64,000 bases of DNA from Candidatus Multivoradales bacterium (GCA_965248055.1 CBDFIJ010000004.1:3200001-3264000); one strand, 5' to 3'; counted from the stretch's first letter, positions 18,466 to 28,805 are shown. The notes: generated from the letters alone by a model not told the origin. Translations and numbers: made by a program.

Positions 18466-19615
18466 GTGCCCCGTCCGGTTAATTCACTTTCCATACTTTA
18501 TCTATTGTGATGTGATGAGTTCATGGCACAAGCAAAAAGGTTGGAGATTGGTCGAGCGGATGAGAGAGAGCTTCAAAGATGGCTGCGATCGAGTAACACG
18601 CGAAGAAGTTTGGCCGAGAGAGCAAAGATTCTTCTCTTGAGTCAAGAGGGGCTGAGCGCCGCCGCAGTGGGCGAGAAACTTGGTGTCGCAAGGCTGACCG
18701 TCTACAAGTGGCGTCGTCGCTTCCAGGAGGGTGGTTTGGAAGCGCTGTCGGACCGACCGCGACCGGGGCAACCGCGAAAACTGACGGCAGATATAACAGA
18801 AAAGATCTTGCGTCTGACCACACAGCACATTCCCAAGGAGTCGACCCACTGGAGTCTTCGGTTGATGGCCAAGTACGCCGGCGTGACCAAGTGGCAGGTC
18901 CAGCAGGTCTGGGCGGCTGCCGACCTTCGGCCTCATCGGCTTCGCAACTTCAAACTCAGCAACGATCCTCTGTTCGCCGAGAAAGTCATCGACGTCGTCG
19001 GCCTTTATCTACGGCCTCCAGACAACGCAGTCGTGCTGTCGGTTGACGAAAAGACACAGATCCAGGCTCTGGACCGCACCCAGCCCTTGTTGCCGCTTCG
19101 CCCCGGACAGATCGAGCGGCGTACCCATGACTACAAACGACATGGTACGACGAGTCTCTATGCTGCGTTCGATATCGCGACCGGCGAGGTTCTCGGCCGC
19201 GTCACACAGCGACACCGTGCTCGGGAGTTCATTCAGTTCCTTCGGCAAATCGATCGAACGGTCTCTGCAGAGCTGGACCTCCACTTAATCTTGGACAACA
19301 GCAGCACTCACAAGACCCCTGACGTGATGGATTTCCTTGCCAAGCGCCCGCGGATCCGGCTCCACTTCACTCCCACCAGCGCCTCCTGGCTCAACGCGGT
19401 TGAGAGCTGGTTCTCGCAGCTTGAGAGACGATCGATTCACCGTGGTGTCTTTACCTCGGTTGCCGAGCTACGGAACGAAATCAAGCGGTTTATCCAAGCC
19501 CATAACGCCGAGTCCGCAAAACCCTTCGTGTGGACCAAATCCGCAAACACCATTCTTGCAGCCGTGGACAGAGCTCGCGCTTCACAATGTGATGCTAACT
19601 AACCGGACATGGCAC
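18466..19615 (+). mobile_element. IS630-family insertion sequence
   Basis: TIRs GTGCCCCGTCCGGTTAATT / AACTAACCGGACATGGCAC; TA duplication within CTAG (18464-65, 19616-17). Confidence 0.92.
18523..19602 (+). CDS. IS630-family transposase
   Basis: DRPRPGQP, SVDEKTQIQA, HDYKRHGT, LDNSSTHK, SWLNAVE. Confidence 0.95.
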   Translation: MAQAKRLEIGRADERELQRWLRSSNTRRSLAERAKILLLSQEGLSAAAVGEKLGVARLTVYKWRRRFQEGGLEALSDRPRPGQPRKLTADITEKILRLTTQHIPKESTHWSLRLMAKYAGVTKWQVQQVWAAADLRPHRLRNFKLSNDPLFAEKVIDVVGLYLRPPDNAVVLSVDEKTQIQALDRTQPLLPLRPGQIERRTHDYKRHGTTSLYAAFDIATGEVLGRVTQRHRAREFIQFLRQIDRTVSAELDLHLILDNSSTHKTPDVMDFLAKRPRIRLHFTPTSASWLNAVESWFSQLERRSIHRGVFTSVAELRNEIKRFIQAHNAESAKPFVWTKSANTILAAVDRARASQCDAN

Positions 19616-20300
19616 TAGCCAAGTGCCCCGAGATGAGATGGAGTTCCTGGAGAAGCTCCCGACTAGCAGGCACACGAGGATTGGTCCTTACGGAAGTGCG
19701 AGCCTCTCCCGCAAGTTTCGTGGAAACACTTACCCCAGGGTAGCGGTGTATCAACGCGAAGTTGGAAGCCGGGGTAGGGGTCACGCCAGCGTCGACCGCA
19801 CCGTGGAGGACGGGTTCCTTCAGGCGTTGATCGGTAAGGGATACACCGTTGTCGCGCGCAGTGACCTCGACGAGATCTTGTCCGAGCAGAGGATCCAAGC
19901 GTCGGACGTAACAGAGGCAGCCCTTGCGAGGGCCGGACGGGTACTTAACGTCGACGCGATCTTGCTTGTCGATGTTAGCTGGGCCGATGCAACGCGGTAT
20001 GGTTTGGAACTGTTCAATGGGGAAAGCAGTAGTTGGATGGCGGAAGCAAGCTTGAGCGCGAGACTGATAGGTGTGGAGCTGGCCGAACTTCTGTGGATTG
20101 GTTCTTGGCACGCGAGCGTGAGGACCCCCGGCCGAGATGGTGCGACAGCGGTTCTTCATGAGATCTCACGGGTTGCTGCTCGGAGCATCCCGGCTAGGTG
20201 AGCTAAAGCGCTTCCCAAAAATCGAGCCTGGTCAAGTTTTAAGGCAGTTCAGTCGATTCTGCCGCCACTTGGAGGGAACTAACTAGGGGCAGAGTGCAAC

Positions 20301-20328
20301 AACGGATGGTCTTCATCCGTTCATTTTC
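20301..20328. terminator. Hairpin terminator candidate between the island gene and the convergent thiL
   Basis: AACGGATG-GTCTT-CATCCGTT followed by CATTTTC. Confidence 0.5.
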
Positions 20329-20352
20329 TAAGTGGTGAGCGGAAGCGTGTTT

Positions 20353-21327
20353 CTACTTCAAGTGATCCCAGCCGAGAGCCGGTAGCGCGACTCGATCTTG
20401 ATTCGTTCGGATCCAAACCTGGTTGCCAGGCACGACCTCACCGATCTCAACCGCTGCGAAGTCGGCCGGAGGCTGCGTTTCTTCTGGTAGGGCGAACAAC
20501 AGCACGTAGTCTTCGCCGCCGCCGAGCGCAGCTTCCCAGGGGTCGATCTCAAGGGCGCCAGATAACGGTTTGAGGTCGCGGTCAAGCGGCAGCGACGGAC
20601 GGTCGATCTCGGCGCCTACTTGTGATTGTTCGATCAGCCGATGCAGGTCGATTGCCAGCCCATCGGATAAATCGATGGCTGCGGCTCTCGGTTGACGCGC
20701 CAACCACTGACCTAGTTCTAACTGCGGCTGCGGGGATAGATGTCTTTGGATCGCTGCGTCGGCCGCTCGGTGGAGTTCGGCTTCGAGGCCGGTGAAAGCC
20801 GAGTTGCTGGCGAGTGCGAATCCGCCCTCCCTTTCGAGCAACTTGCGTCCGAGAAAGGATTGGCCCAAGGTTCCGCCAACCCATAGCTTGTCGCCCGCTT
20901 GGGCAAGGTTGCGTTTCGGGGATTGACTTCCGGCGGCGAGGGTTCCCAGCAGAACCAAAGAAAACACTGGGTTCGGGGCTGAGCTGGTGTCACCACCGCA
21001 CAACACGGTGTTGTGCTCGGTACAGGCTTGGAGCAGCGACTCCATGAACTCGGTCACCGGGTAGTCGGTGGGTACGGCTAGGTTGAGAAAGGCGAACCGG
21101 GGAATGGCTCCTCCTGCGGCGATGTCTGAGAGGTTGACCCGCAGCAGCCGGTCGGCGATCACCCGGGCCGGGGTGTCTTGCGGAACGTGCACTCCAGGGA
21201 TCTGATGGTCGCCGGTGATCAGCCAATTCCCGTCAGCCGCAGGGTTGGCAGAGAGGACAGCGACGTCATCGCCGATTGCCGGAAGTTGTTTCTGCAACCA
21301 AGAGACTAGGTCGCGTTCGCCATTCAT
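20353..21327 (-). CDS. thiL: Thiamine-monophosphate kinase
   Basis: IGDDVAV, NLSDIAAGG, GGDT, DLSDGL, GGEDYVLLF, GWDH. Confidence 0.95.
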   Translation of the reverse strand: MNGERDLVSWLQKQLPAIGDDVAVLSANPAADGNWLITGDHQIPGVHVPQDTPARVIADRLLRVNLSDIAAGGAIPRFAFLNLAVPTDYPVTEFMESLLQACTEHNTVLCGGDTSSAPNPVFSLVLLGTLAAGSQSPKRNLAQAGDKLWVGGTLGQSFLGRKLLEREGGFALASNSAFTGLEAELHRAADAAIQRHLSPQPQLELGQWLARQPRAAAIDLSDGLAIDLHRLIEQSQVGAEIDRPSLPLDRDLKPLSGALEIDPWEAALGGGEDYVLLFALPEETQPPADFAAVEIGEVVPGNQVWIRTNQDRVALPALGWDHLK

Positions 21328-21356
21328 CGGGGTTCTTAATTACCTAAACGTTTCGA

Positions 21357-23678
21357 TTACTTGGCCTTCAGAGCCTGAGCCAAGACCTGATCCATGGTTT
21401 CCGCGTAGTGGATGTCGAGTGCGGAGAGCCACTCTTCTTCGAGTGCTTCGACGTCGGTTTGATTGCGCATCGGCAGCATCAGTCGGCTAATACCGGCGGC
21501 ATGGGCGGCCAGCAACTTTTCGCGGATACCGCCCACCGGTAGAACTTCTCCTCGCAGCGTCAACTCACCGGTCATGGCGATTCGATGGTCTACCGGCCGA
21601 CCCAGCGCCAGCGACGCGATCGCAGTGGCGATGGTGACTCCAGCCGAGGGGCCGTCCTTGGGCACCGCGCCAGCCGGGACGTGGACATGAATGTCGTGTT
21701 GGGCGAAGAAGTCGACTGCTGCTGAGCTCTGGTCTCGAGTGCGGATATGGGTCAACGCGGCTTGAGCCGATTCGCGCATTACCTCGCCGAGACTGCCGGT
21801 GAGTTGCAGTTTCCCGCTTCCTCGCACCGCCGCGGTCTCGATGATCAATAGGTCGCCACCGGAAGGAGTCCAAGCGAGCCCGGTGGCGACACCGATGCGT
21901 GGTCGGTCGAGAATATCTTCACTGGTGTGACGTGGCGGACCGAGGAACACCGATACTTTGCCTTTGCCGATCGACGAGCTAGGACGATCCCCGCGAACCC
22001 AAGCGAGGGCTATTTTCCGGTAGATCTTGGCCAGCGCTCGCTCCAGATCTCGAACCCCGGCTTCTCGGGTGTATTCCTTGATGATGGTTCGCAGGGCGGC
22101 GTCCGAAATGCGCGCTTGACCTTTCTTGAGGCCAGCGGCGGTGATTTGGCGTGGCATCAAGTGGCGACGGGCGATGGTCTGTTTTTCGATCGGTGAGTAA
22201 CCGCTCAATGGCAATACTTCGAGACGATCGCGCAACGCTGCCGGAATGGTTTCCATCTGGTTTGCCGTTGCTAGGAACAAGACCTTGCTCAGGTCGACTC
22301 CGACGCCCAGGAAGTGATCTCGAAAGTGGTGATTCTGCTCCGGGTCAAGAACTTCCAGCAACGCTGCTGTGGGGTCGCCGCGGAAGTCCGACCCGAGTTT
22401 GTCGATCTCATCCAGCATCAAGACCGGGTTGTCGGCCTCGGCCTGGATCAGACCCTGGACGATACGCCCGGGCATCGCCCCAACGTAGGTGCGGCGGTGT
22501 CCTCGAATCTCTGCTTCATCGTGGACTCCACCCAAGGCTGTCTGGACGAAACCCCTACCCGTAGCCTCGGCCACCGATCTCCCCAGGGATGTCTTGCCGA
22601 CGCCGGGTGGCCCCAGAAGACAAAGGATGGGCCCTTTGGCGTTTGGGTTGAGGCGCCGCACCGCGAGAAACTCCAACAGCCTCAGTTTGGCGTCGAACAG
22701 GCCATAGTGATGTTGGTCCAGCACTGTCTCGGCTTGTTCCAGGTCGAGGGTTTCATCCGCCGACAGTCCCCATGGGACCGAGGCCAAGGCATCCAGATGG
22801 TTGCGCAGCAGGCTGGTTTCGATGCTCTCGGGGTGGGCTCTCTCCAACCGCTGCAATTGGCGTTCGAATTCCTCTTGTGCTTCGTTGCTCGGGTGGCGAG
22901 CCGCCATGCGTTCTCGGTATCCGGCAATTTCTTCACCAATCCAGTCGCCATCCGAGAGTTCCGCTTGGATGGCGCGCAATTGGCGACGCAGAAAGCTTTC
23001 GCGATGGCTGCGATCGAATTCGCTGCGAGTCCGGTTGTGGATTTCCAGCTCGGCGGCTGCAAGCTCTGCCTCCGAACCAACCAGACGACTGACCAACTGC
23101 AGCTTGTCCAGGGGCTCGGCGGTTTCTAGAACTTGTTGCGCGGTTGTTACCTCGAGGCCCAGATTTCCGGCGACTAGGTGCGCCAGACGTTCCGGGTCGT
23201 CGAGTCCGTTGGCCAAGTCCAAGACATCTTCGGGAATTGGCCGTCCCAGGTTGACCAATTGCTGCAGGTTGGCGCGCAGGGTTCCGCATAGCGCGCGCAC
23301 CGACACCGAGCGGGGCAGATCACGGTGCTGCGGTAGGTCTTCAACTTTGGCTTTGAGCCCCACTTGGCTGCCAACCCAACTCAAGATACGTGCCGTTCTA
23401 AGCCCTTGCACCAGGATCTGTGTCTCGCCCTCCGGGAGCTTCAGCAGCCTGATGATCGAGCCGACGGTTCCAAAAAGAAAGGGTTGATCCGGCTCGGCCG
23501 GATCATGGGCTACCACCATCAAAGTGCGACCGCTGGCGAGCGCAAGTTCAACTGACTCCTTCTGTTGCGCCTGATGCAGATCCACAGAAACGATGGTTCC
23601 GGGGAACAACACCCGGTCCAGGGTGGCGAGCACCGGGAGAATCTGACGCTGGGGTTCCGGGTTATCGAGTGCGGTCAC
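21357..23678 (-). CDS. lon: Lon protease
   Basis: N-domain [14 protein letters not shown] Walker [15 protein letters not shown] catalytic Ser and GGIREK Lys. Start uncertain (GTG 23678 or TTG 23699). Confidence 0.96.
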   Translation of the reverse strand: MTALDNPEPQRQILPVLATLDRVLFPGTIVSVDLHQAQQKESVELALASGRTLMVVAHDPAEPDQPFLFGTVGSIIRLLKLPEGETQILVQGLRTARILSWVGSQVGLKAKVEDLPQHRDLPRSVSVRALCGTLRANLQQLVNLGRPIPEDVLDLANGLDDPERLAHLVAGNLGLEVTTAQQVLETAEPLDKLQLVSRLVGSEAELAAAELEIHNRTRSEFDRSHRESFLRRQLRAIQAELSDGDWIGEEIAGYRERMAARHPSNEAQEEFERQLQRLERAHPESIETSLLRNHLDALASVPWGLSADETLDLEQAETVLDQHHYGLFDAKLRLLEFLAVRRLNPNAKGPILCLLGPPGVGKTSLGRSVAEATGRGFVQTALGGVHDEAEIRGHRRTYVGAMPGRIVQGLIQAEADNPVLMLDEIDKLGSDFRGDPTAALLEVLDPEQNHHFRDHFLGVGVDLSKVLFLATANQMETIPAALRDRLEVLPLSGYSPIEKQTIARRHLMPRQITAAGLKKGQARISDAALRTIIKEYTREAGVRDLERALAKIYRKIALAWVRGDRPSSSIGKGKVSVFLGPPRHTSEDILDRPRIGVATGLAWTPSGGDLLIIETAAVRGSGKLQLTGSLGEVMRESAQAALTHIRTRDQSSAAVDFFAQHDIHVHVPAGAVPKDGPSAGVTIATAIASLALGRPVDHRIAMTGELTLRGEVLPVGGIREKLLAAHAAGISRLMLPMRNQTDVEALEEEWLSALDIHYAETMDQVLAQALKAK

Positions 23679-23811
23679 GGGGCAATTGTAACCGGGCAAT
23701 CGTCACCGGCCCATTCCACGCTAGCTTGCCCCAAATGGGCCGATCGCACATAGGTTCGGCCTGGACCGTCTTATCCGCGCTTGGCCGTCGCTGTGGGTCA
23801 GAGAGTCTGCC

Positions 23812-24279
23812 CTAACCGTGCGCGGGGCCGGTTTCCTCTGAATCGAGTTCTTCCAGCTCACTGCGAAATTCGTCGATATCTTCAAAACGACGATAGACCG
23901 AAGCGAATCGTACGTAGGCGACTTGGTCTAGTTGCTTGAGCAAACGCATCACGTGCGCTCCGATCTCGGTGGTGGGGGTCTCGGTTCCGACGCCGAATTC
24001 ATTTTCCACTTGATCGACGATCGCTTCCAACTGATCTCCCGAGATCGGTCGTTTCTGGCAGGCGATCTGTAGGCCGCCCAGGAGCTTTCGCCGATCGTAG
24101 GGTTCGCGTGTCTCGTCGCGCTTGATCACCAACTGGGGTACATCATCAACCGCTTCGTAGGTGGTGTAACGCTTCAGACAACTGAGGCACTCGCGGCGGC
24201 GGCGAATCGCTGAGCCACTACGCGCGTCGCGCGAATCGACCACGCGATCCTGGGTTTCACCGCAGAACGGACACTTCAT
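23812..24279 (-). CDS. nrdR: Transcriptional repressor NrdR
   Basis: MKCPFC, IRRRREC zinc ribbon, ATP-cone, VAYVRFASVY. Confidence 0.97.
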   Translation of the reverse strand: MKCPFCGETQDRVVDSRDARSGSAIRRRRECLSCLKRYTTYEAVDDVPQLVIKRDETREPYDRRKLLGGLQIACQKRPISGDQLEAIVDQVENEFGVGTETPTTEIGAHVMRLLKQLDQVAYVRFASVYRRFEDIDEFRSELEELDSEETGPAHG

Positions 24280-24311
24280 GACCGGGCCAGCCTAGATAAT
24301 TTTGGGGACGT

Positions 24312-25160
24312 TTAGTCTTCGGTGCTCAAATCGAGGTCGAAGTGAATACCTTCGAGTTGACCGATGCGATCCAATTCCATGCGAAACGACTTGGAATCGA
24401 TGACCCGATTTTCATCGTCGCCGATCTCCAGGCGCACGGTAAAGCGACGGGCGCGGTCGAACTTGCCTCGACCAACCATCATTGCCAGCGAGCGACTAAG
24501 CTCACGGTGACCGTTGACCGCAATGCGATCAACCTTGGGGGCCGGCGGCTTCGGTTTTGGCGCCCCTGGTCTTTCTACTTCGGTGGCCAATTTCATCAAC
24601 GTCAGGCGTGAGATTTCCTTCAGGGTCTCGAACACGCCGTCGCCGCGCAATGCGCTGGCCTCGACCCAAGCCCGGCTCTCGGGGTTTAGGTCACGGTTCA
24701 ATTCTTCGGTGGTCAGCAGGCCAGAGAGATCTCGCTTGTTGTATTGGTAGATCAGGGGGATGTCATCAAGGTCACGACCGGCTTTGGTCAAGTTGACGCG
24801 CAAGTTGGCCAGCGATTCGGTATTGGAGGCGCGCATCGGTCGTTGGGAATCGGCGACAAACACCATCCCATCAGCGCCTTTGAGCACCAACTCTCGAGTC
24901 TTGTTGTAAAACACCTGTCCAGGAACGGTATACAACTGAATCCGAGCGGTGAACCCTGCCACCTTGCCGACTTCTACTGGTAGTAGGTCAAAAAATAGGG
25001 TTCGGTCGCTATGGGTTTCCAACGACACCATTTCACCACGCGATTCATCGGTGGTTTGGTTGAAGATGTGCTTTAGGTTGGTGGTCTTGCCGCCAAGACC
25101 GGGACCGTAGTAGACAATCTTCGCCGTCAATTGCTTGGTGGTGTAGTTAAAAAATGCCAT
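24312..25160 (-). CDS. MglA-family small GTPase with C-terminal extension
   Basis: KIVYYGPGLGGKTTNL, DRTLFFD, LYTVPGQVFY, FVADSQ, NKRD. Confidence 0.9.
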   Translation of the reverse strand: MAFFNYTTKQLTAKIVYYGPGLGGKTTNLKHIFNQTTDESRGEMVSLETHSDRTLFFDLLPVEVGKVAGFTARIQLYTVPGQVFYNKTRELVLKGADGMVFVADSQRPMRASNTESLANLRVNLTKAGRDLDDIPLIYQYNKRDLSGLLTTEELNRDLNPESRAWVEASALRGDGVFETLKEISRLTLMKLATEVERPGAPKPKPPAPKVDRIAVNGHRELSRSLAMMVGRGKFDRARRFTVRLEIGDDENRVIDSKSFRMELDRIGQLEGIHFDLDLSTED

Positions 25161-25347
25161 GACGCTGGGTTCACAGAGCCGTTACGGTTGCCTACTGAAC
25201 CCCCAAGGTCGACAACCAGGGTCGATAATCCATTGGAGACCCTATGCGCCAATTGTCGGTCAGGTCAAGTGTTTGACCCCGTGATAGTTATCACTCGATG
25301 CTGTGACGATCTTGCGACCTAGACGAAGGAACCAGCTCGCGCAGGGT

Positions 25348-26716
25348 GAGATATAACCAAAAGTTGTGTATGAGAGTTTGAAGGCGACGTATCCTGAGCC
25401 CGGTTTTCAAAGCTGGGTTCAATCATCCCAAAAGGAGGATACGCCGTTGAGCAAGAGTAACGTAGTTTCAATCGATCAAGTAGAACGTCCTGAGGACGCT
25501 CTGAGTGAGGTCTTGCGCCGAGGTTCACGGTTGCTTCTTTGCGAAGCAATCGAGGCAGAGGTGGAGAGTTTTTTGGTTGAGTACCAAGATCAACGTACGG
25601 CGGTCGGTCACCGGCGGTTGGTGAGAAACGGCTACATGCCAGAGCGGGAGATCCAGACCGGAATCGGCGGCATTTCGGTCAAAGTGCCACGGGTGCGGGA
25701 TCGCCAGGGTGAGCTTCATTTTCGCTCCAATCTAGTGCCACCGTATCTGCGCCGGTCCAAGAGCATCGCGGATCTCTTGCCCTGGCTATACTTACGGGGG
25801 ATTTCTACCGGGGACTTCTCACGAGCTCTGGAAGCTTTGGTGGGCCCTGAAGCGCCAGGTCTTTCGTCTTCGACGGTGAGCCGCCTCAAACGCGTCTGGG
25901 GCCAGGAGTACAGCGAATGGCGGCAGCGCGATCTTTCGTCCAAGCGCTACGTCTATGTATGGGCTGACGGCATTTACTGCAAGGCTCGCCTGGATAACGC
26001 CAAGCTCTGCTTGCTGGTGTTAATTGGTGCCACTGCGGACGGCAACAAAGAACTGATCGCTGTTGAAGACGGTTACCGGGAGAGTGAGGCGTCATGGCTG
26101 GAGCTGTTGCGAGGCCTGGAAGCAAGAGGCCTTACATTCGAGCCTAAGATCGCAATCGGTGACGGCAATCTGGGTTTCTGGAAGGCTCTGGCTCAGGTGT
26201 GGGGAAATACCAAGACCCAGCGCTGCTGGGTCCACAAGACGGCCAACGTCTTGAATAAGCTCCCCAAGGCGATCCAGCCCAAGGCCAAGCAGGCAATCCA
26301 CCAAATCTGGATGGCGCAGACACGTCACGATGCCGAGAGGGCTTTTGATGCATTCCAGGCAATCTACCAAGCTAAATATCCGAAAGCAGTCCAGTGCTTG
26401 GTCAAAGATCGCGTCCAGCTACTCGCTTTCTACGATTTCCCGGCTGAGCACTGGGTGCATTTGAGGACCACCAACCCAATCGAATCAACTTTTGCTACCG
26501 TACGCTTGAGAACCTCCAAAACCCGGGGCTGTCTGTCGCGAGAAACCATGCTCTCGATGGTCTTCAAGCTGTGCCAAAGCGCAGAAAAACGATGGCGGAG
26601 GCTACAGGGCTACAGGCGCATTGCCGAAGTCGTTGAAGGTCTCCAGTTCGTGGACGGAGAAAAACAAAAACAGATCGCCGCCTGATGGCTCAATACACAA
26701 CTTTTGACAATAACTC
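25348..26716 (+). mobile_element. IS256-family insertion sequence
   Basis: TIRs GAGATATAACCAAAAGTTGTGTAT / ATACACAACTTTTGACAATAACTC; 9-bp target duplication GCGCAGGGT (25339-47, 26717-25). Confidence 0.92.
25447..26685 (+). CDS. IS256-family transposase
   Basis: TTG start after GGAGG; RNGY, VPRVRDR, YVWADG, GDGNLGF, QRCWVHK, RTTNPIES. Confidence 0.95.
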   Translation: MSKSNVVSIDQVERPEDALSEVLRRGSRLLLCEAIEAEVESFLVEYQDQRTAVGHRRLVRNGYMPEREIQTGIGGISVKVPRVRDRQGELHFRSNLVPPYLRRSKSIADLLPWLYLRGISTGDFSRALEALVGPEAPGLSSSTVSRLKRVWGQEYSEWRQRDLSSKRYVYVWADGIYCKARLDNAKLCLLVLIGATADGNKELIAVEDGYRESEASWLELLRGLEARGLTFEPKIAIGDGNLGFWKALAQVWGNTKTQRCWVHKTANVLNKLPKAIQPKAKQAIHQIWMAQTRHDAERAFDAFQAIYQAKYPKAVQCLVKDRVQLLAFYDFPAEHWVHLRTTNPIESTFATVRLRTSKTRGCLSRETMLSMVFKLCQSAEKRWRRLQGYRRIAEVVEGLQFVDGEKQKQIAA

Positions 26717-27550
26717 GCGCAGGGTCTGGCGCCTTGTTTCGCGATGCAAGCTGCGGAGAAAGTCCGCAGCATCAGGGAGCCTTGCTTGGGCTTGGAAAAG
26801 TTGTCGATCGGCCAAAGAAAAATCGCCTCGGGCGATAGGGCCGGTGATGGTCGCGGCGGCATCGGGCGCATCTTCGGCAGCGGTCAGGACGGCTTGGGAC
26901 AGACGCAAGAATCCGTCGCGAAAACCGGCCAAATCTAGCTCATCGCTCAGTTCGTCGACCAGCGACAAGAGAGTGGAAACTCCTCCGGCGGCGAGCGTGG
27001 CGCAGTAGTGGTACAGCAACCGTTTTTCCGCAGCAACCGGGAGCGCTTGGCCGCCGAAAGCGTTGGCTACGCTTCTGGCTAGTTCGCAGGCTTCCGGGTC
27101 GCCGTCGAAACCATAGACGATACCCGCAGGCGGCTCGGAGCGGATCGCTGGAAAGCCGAGTAGCGGGTGCAGGGATCCGACGCGAACCCCCAACCCTCGC
27201 AGGGGATGCAGGGCTTCGGCGCCGAGGCTCCCCGAGGTATGCAGCGCCACCCCGCCTCGACGGTTGTTGTCGCTAGCACTGCCTGCTAGCGATTGCGCGC
27301 AATCGGTAACCGCTGCGTCCGGCACCGAGACCAAAAGCAGGTCCCAGGGGTATCCTGCGAGTTGATCTGGTCTTTCTGGTTCGGCATTCAGTTGGTTTGC
27401 CGCCGCTGTGGTGGACTCGGAGGTTCGGCTGGCGACCCAGCGGACTTCGGCGCCAGCTTGCTGAAGCCAAGATCCAAGGCTTAGGCCGACTTTGCCAGGG
27501 CCTAGGATGGCGACGGAGAGGCCGGTGAGGGATTCATCGATGGTTGCCAT
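26690..27550 (-). CDS. Rossmann-like / DUF2520 domain protein (C-terminus altered by IS256)
   Basis: GPGKVG, VPDAAV, HTSGS, SLHPL, LYH, TGPIARGD. Confidence 0.85.
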   Translation of the reverse strand: MATIDESLTGLSVAILGPGKVGLSLGSWLQQAGAEVRWVASRTSESTTAAANQLNAEPERPDQLAGYPWDLLLVSVPDAAVTDCAQSLAGSASDNNRRGGVALHTSGSLGAEALHPLRGLGVRVGSLHPLLGFPAIRSEPPAGIVYGFDGDPEACELARSVANAFGGQALPVAAEKRLLYHYCATLAAGGVSTLLSLVDELSDELDLAGFRDGFLRLSQAVLTAAEDAPDAAATITGPIARGDFSLADRQLFQAQARLPDAADFLRSLHRETRRQTLRELLSKVVY

Positions 27551-27737
27551 AGGTGAAGTAAGATATGGCTCTTGCTGGCCGAGCGCAATGGCATGGGCAT
27601 TATCGAGAAAATGGGTGCTCTGGATGGGCTTAGCGGTAGTTCAATACTCGGCGCCAAAACTCAGCGCGTTGAAAACCCAAACGCTGAAACCCACGCCGAA
27701 CCCCAGTACTGAAAATTAGTGTCGAAAACACAGTGCC

Positions 27738-28778
27738 ATGAGCCAACTTAGCGGACGAGACAAGGAGATCCTCAAAGAGGTGGTGGTGGCTTACACCCTG
27801 ACCGGTGAGCCGGTCAGTTCGCGAGCTCTTGCCAAGGGATCCAAATTGGGCGTCTCCGCAGCCACGATTCGTAACTCGATGGCGGAGCTGGAAGACGAGG
27901 GATACCTCAGCCAACCACACATTTCCGCTGGCCGAATGCCGACTTCGGAGGCCTATCGCCTGTACGTGGGGTCGTTAATGCCGGCGGCGCGGGTCACCGG
28001 ACACGAGAGGTCGGTGATCGATCGCGCTCTATCTGAGGCGGTGGGCAGTGGTGAACCCGTTTTGCCGGCGGCGGGACACGCGCTTTCTCAGTTGACCCAC
28101 CAGGTCGCTGTAGTGCTGACGCCGAAGATGAAAGATACCGTGTTGCAGGCAATCGACTTCGTGCCTCTTTCACGAGGCAGGGTTCTTTGCGTTGTGGCCG
28201 CCGCTGGTGGGTTTGTTGATCACAAAATCTTGGAAGTTGAGCAGATCTCGCGAGAGGAACTCACGCGGGTCGCCAACTATCTCAACGAGCAGTTCGCGGG
28301 TTTGAGCTTGGGGCGGATTCGTCGTCGCCTGATCGAGCTGCTGGAGGATGAACGAACCCGGGTGGACGAACTCCTGCGTCGGTCGGTCTTATTGGCTCGC
28401 AAGGCGTTGGTCGACGACGCCCGGCATGACGTTGTGGTTGACGGCACCGCGGGTGCCCTCAACCAACCGGAACTGGCCGACGTTGACCGGGTGCGAAGAC
28501 TTTTGGCGACGTTTGAGCACAAAGTTCGGCTGGTCAATCTGCTGAGCCGTATTATTGAAGGCCAGGGCGTGCGGGTGCTGATTGATGAAGACAGCGACCT
28601 GACTTCGGAGTTGGGTTTCAGCTTGGTGGCGACCAACTATCGCACCGAAGACCGCCCGGTGGGGAGTATCGGAGTCTTGGGGCCGACGCGTATGGAATAT
28701 GCAAAGATTATGGCGCTCGTCAATTACTTGGGTGAGAAGCTAACGGACGCATTTGAGAAAAGCGCTTACCAGGCGTGA
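27738..28778 (+). CDS. hrcA: Heat-inducible transcription repressor HrcA
   Basis: EPVSS, SAATIRNSMAELE, QPHISAGRMPT, GPTRMEY. Confidence 0.96.
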   Translation: MSQLSGRDKEILKEVVVAYTLTGEPVSSRALAKGSKLGVSAATIRNSMAELEDEGYLSQPHISAGRMPTSEAYRLYVGSLMPAARVTGHERSVIDRALSEAVGSGEPVLPAAGHALSQLTHQVAVVLTPKMKDTVLQAIDFVPLSRGRVLCVVAAAGGFVDHKILEVEQISREELTRVANYLNEQFAGLSLGRIRRRLIELLEDERTRVDELLRRSVLLARKALVDDARHDVVVDGTAGALNQPELADVDRVRRLLATFEHKVRLVNLLSRIIEGQGVRVLIDEDSDLTSELGFSLVATNYRTEDRPVGSIGVLGPTRMEYAKIMALVNYLGEKLTDAFEKSAYQA

Positions 28779-28805
28779 TTCCACGAACAGACAGGATTTA
28801 GAAAG

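Larger units (their letters stand above)
18315..20201 (+). pseudogene. CsgG/HfaB-like domain protein, 5'-truncated by IS3 and split by IS630
   Basis: Removing IS630 joins ...AYSDSGT-S-QVPRDEMEF in frame. The downstream part has GYTVVARSDLDEILSEQ..GRVLNVDAILL..LSARLIGVE, a CsgG-like pattern. Confidence 0.65.

Noticed and set aside
27590-27740. CIRCE operator upstream of hrcA
   Set aside because: The best candidates (TTAGCGGTA..CGGCGCCAA, TGGGCATTA..GGGTGCTCT) have many mismatches and 10-bp spacing
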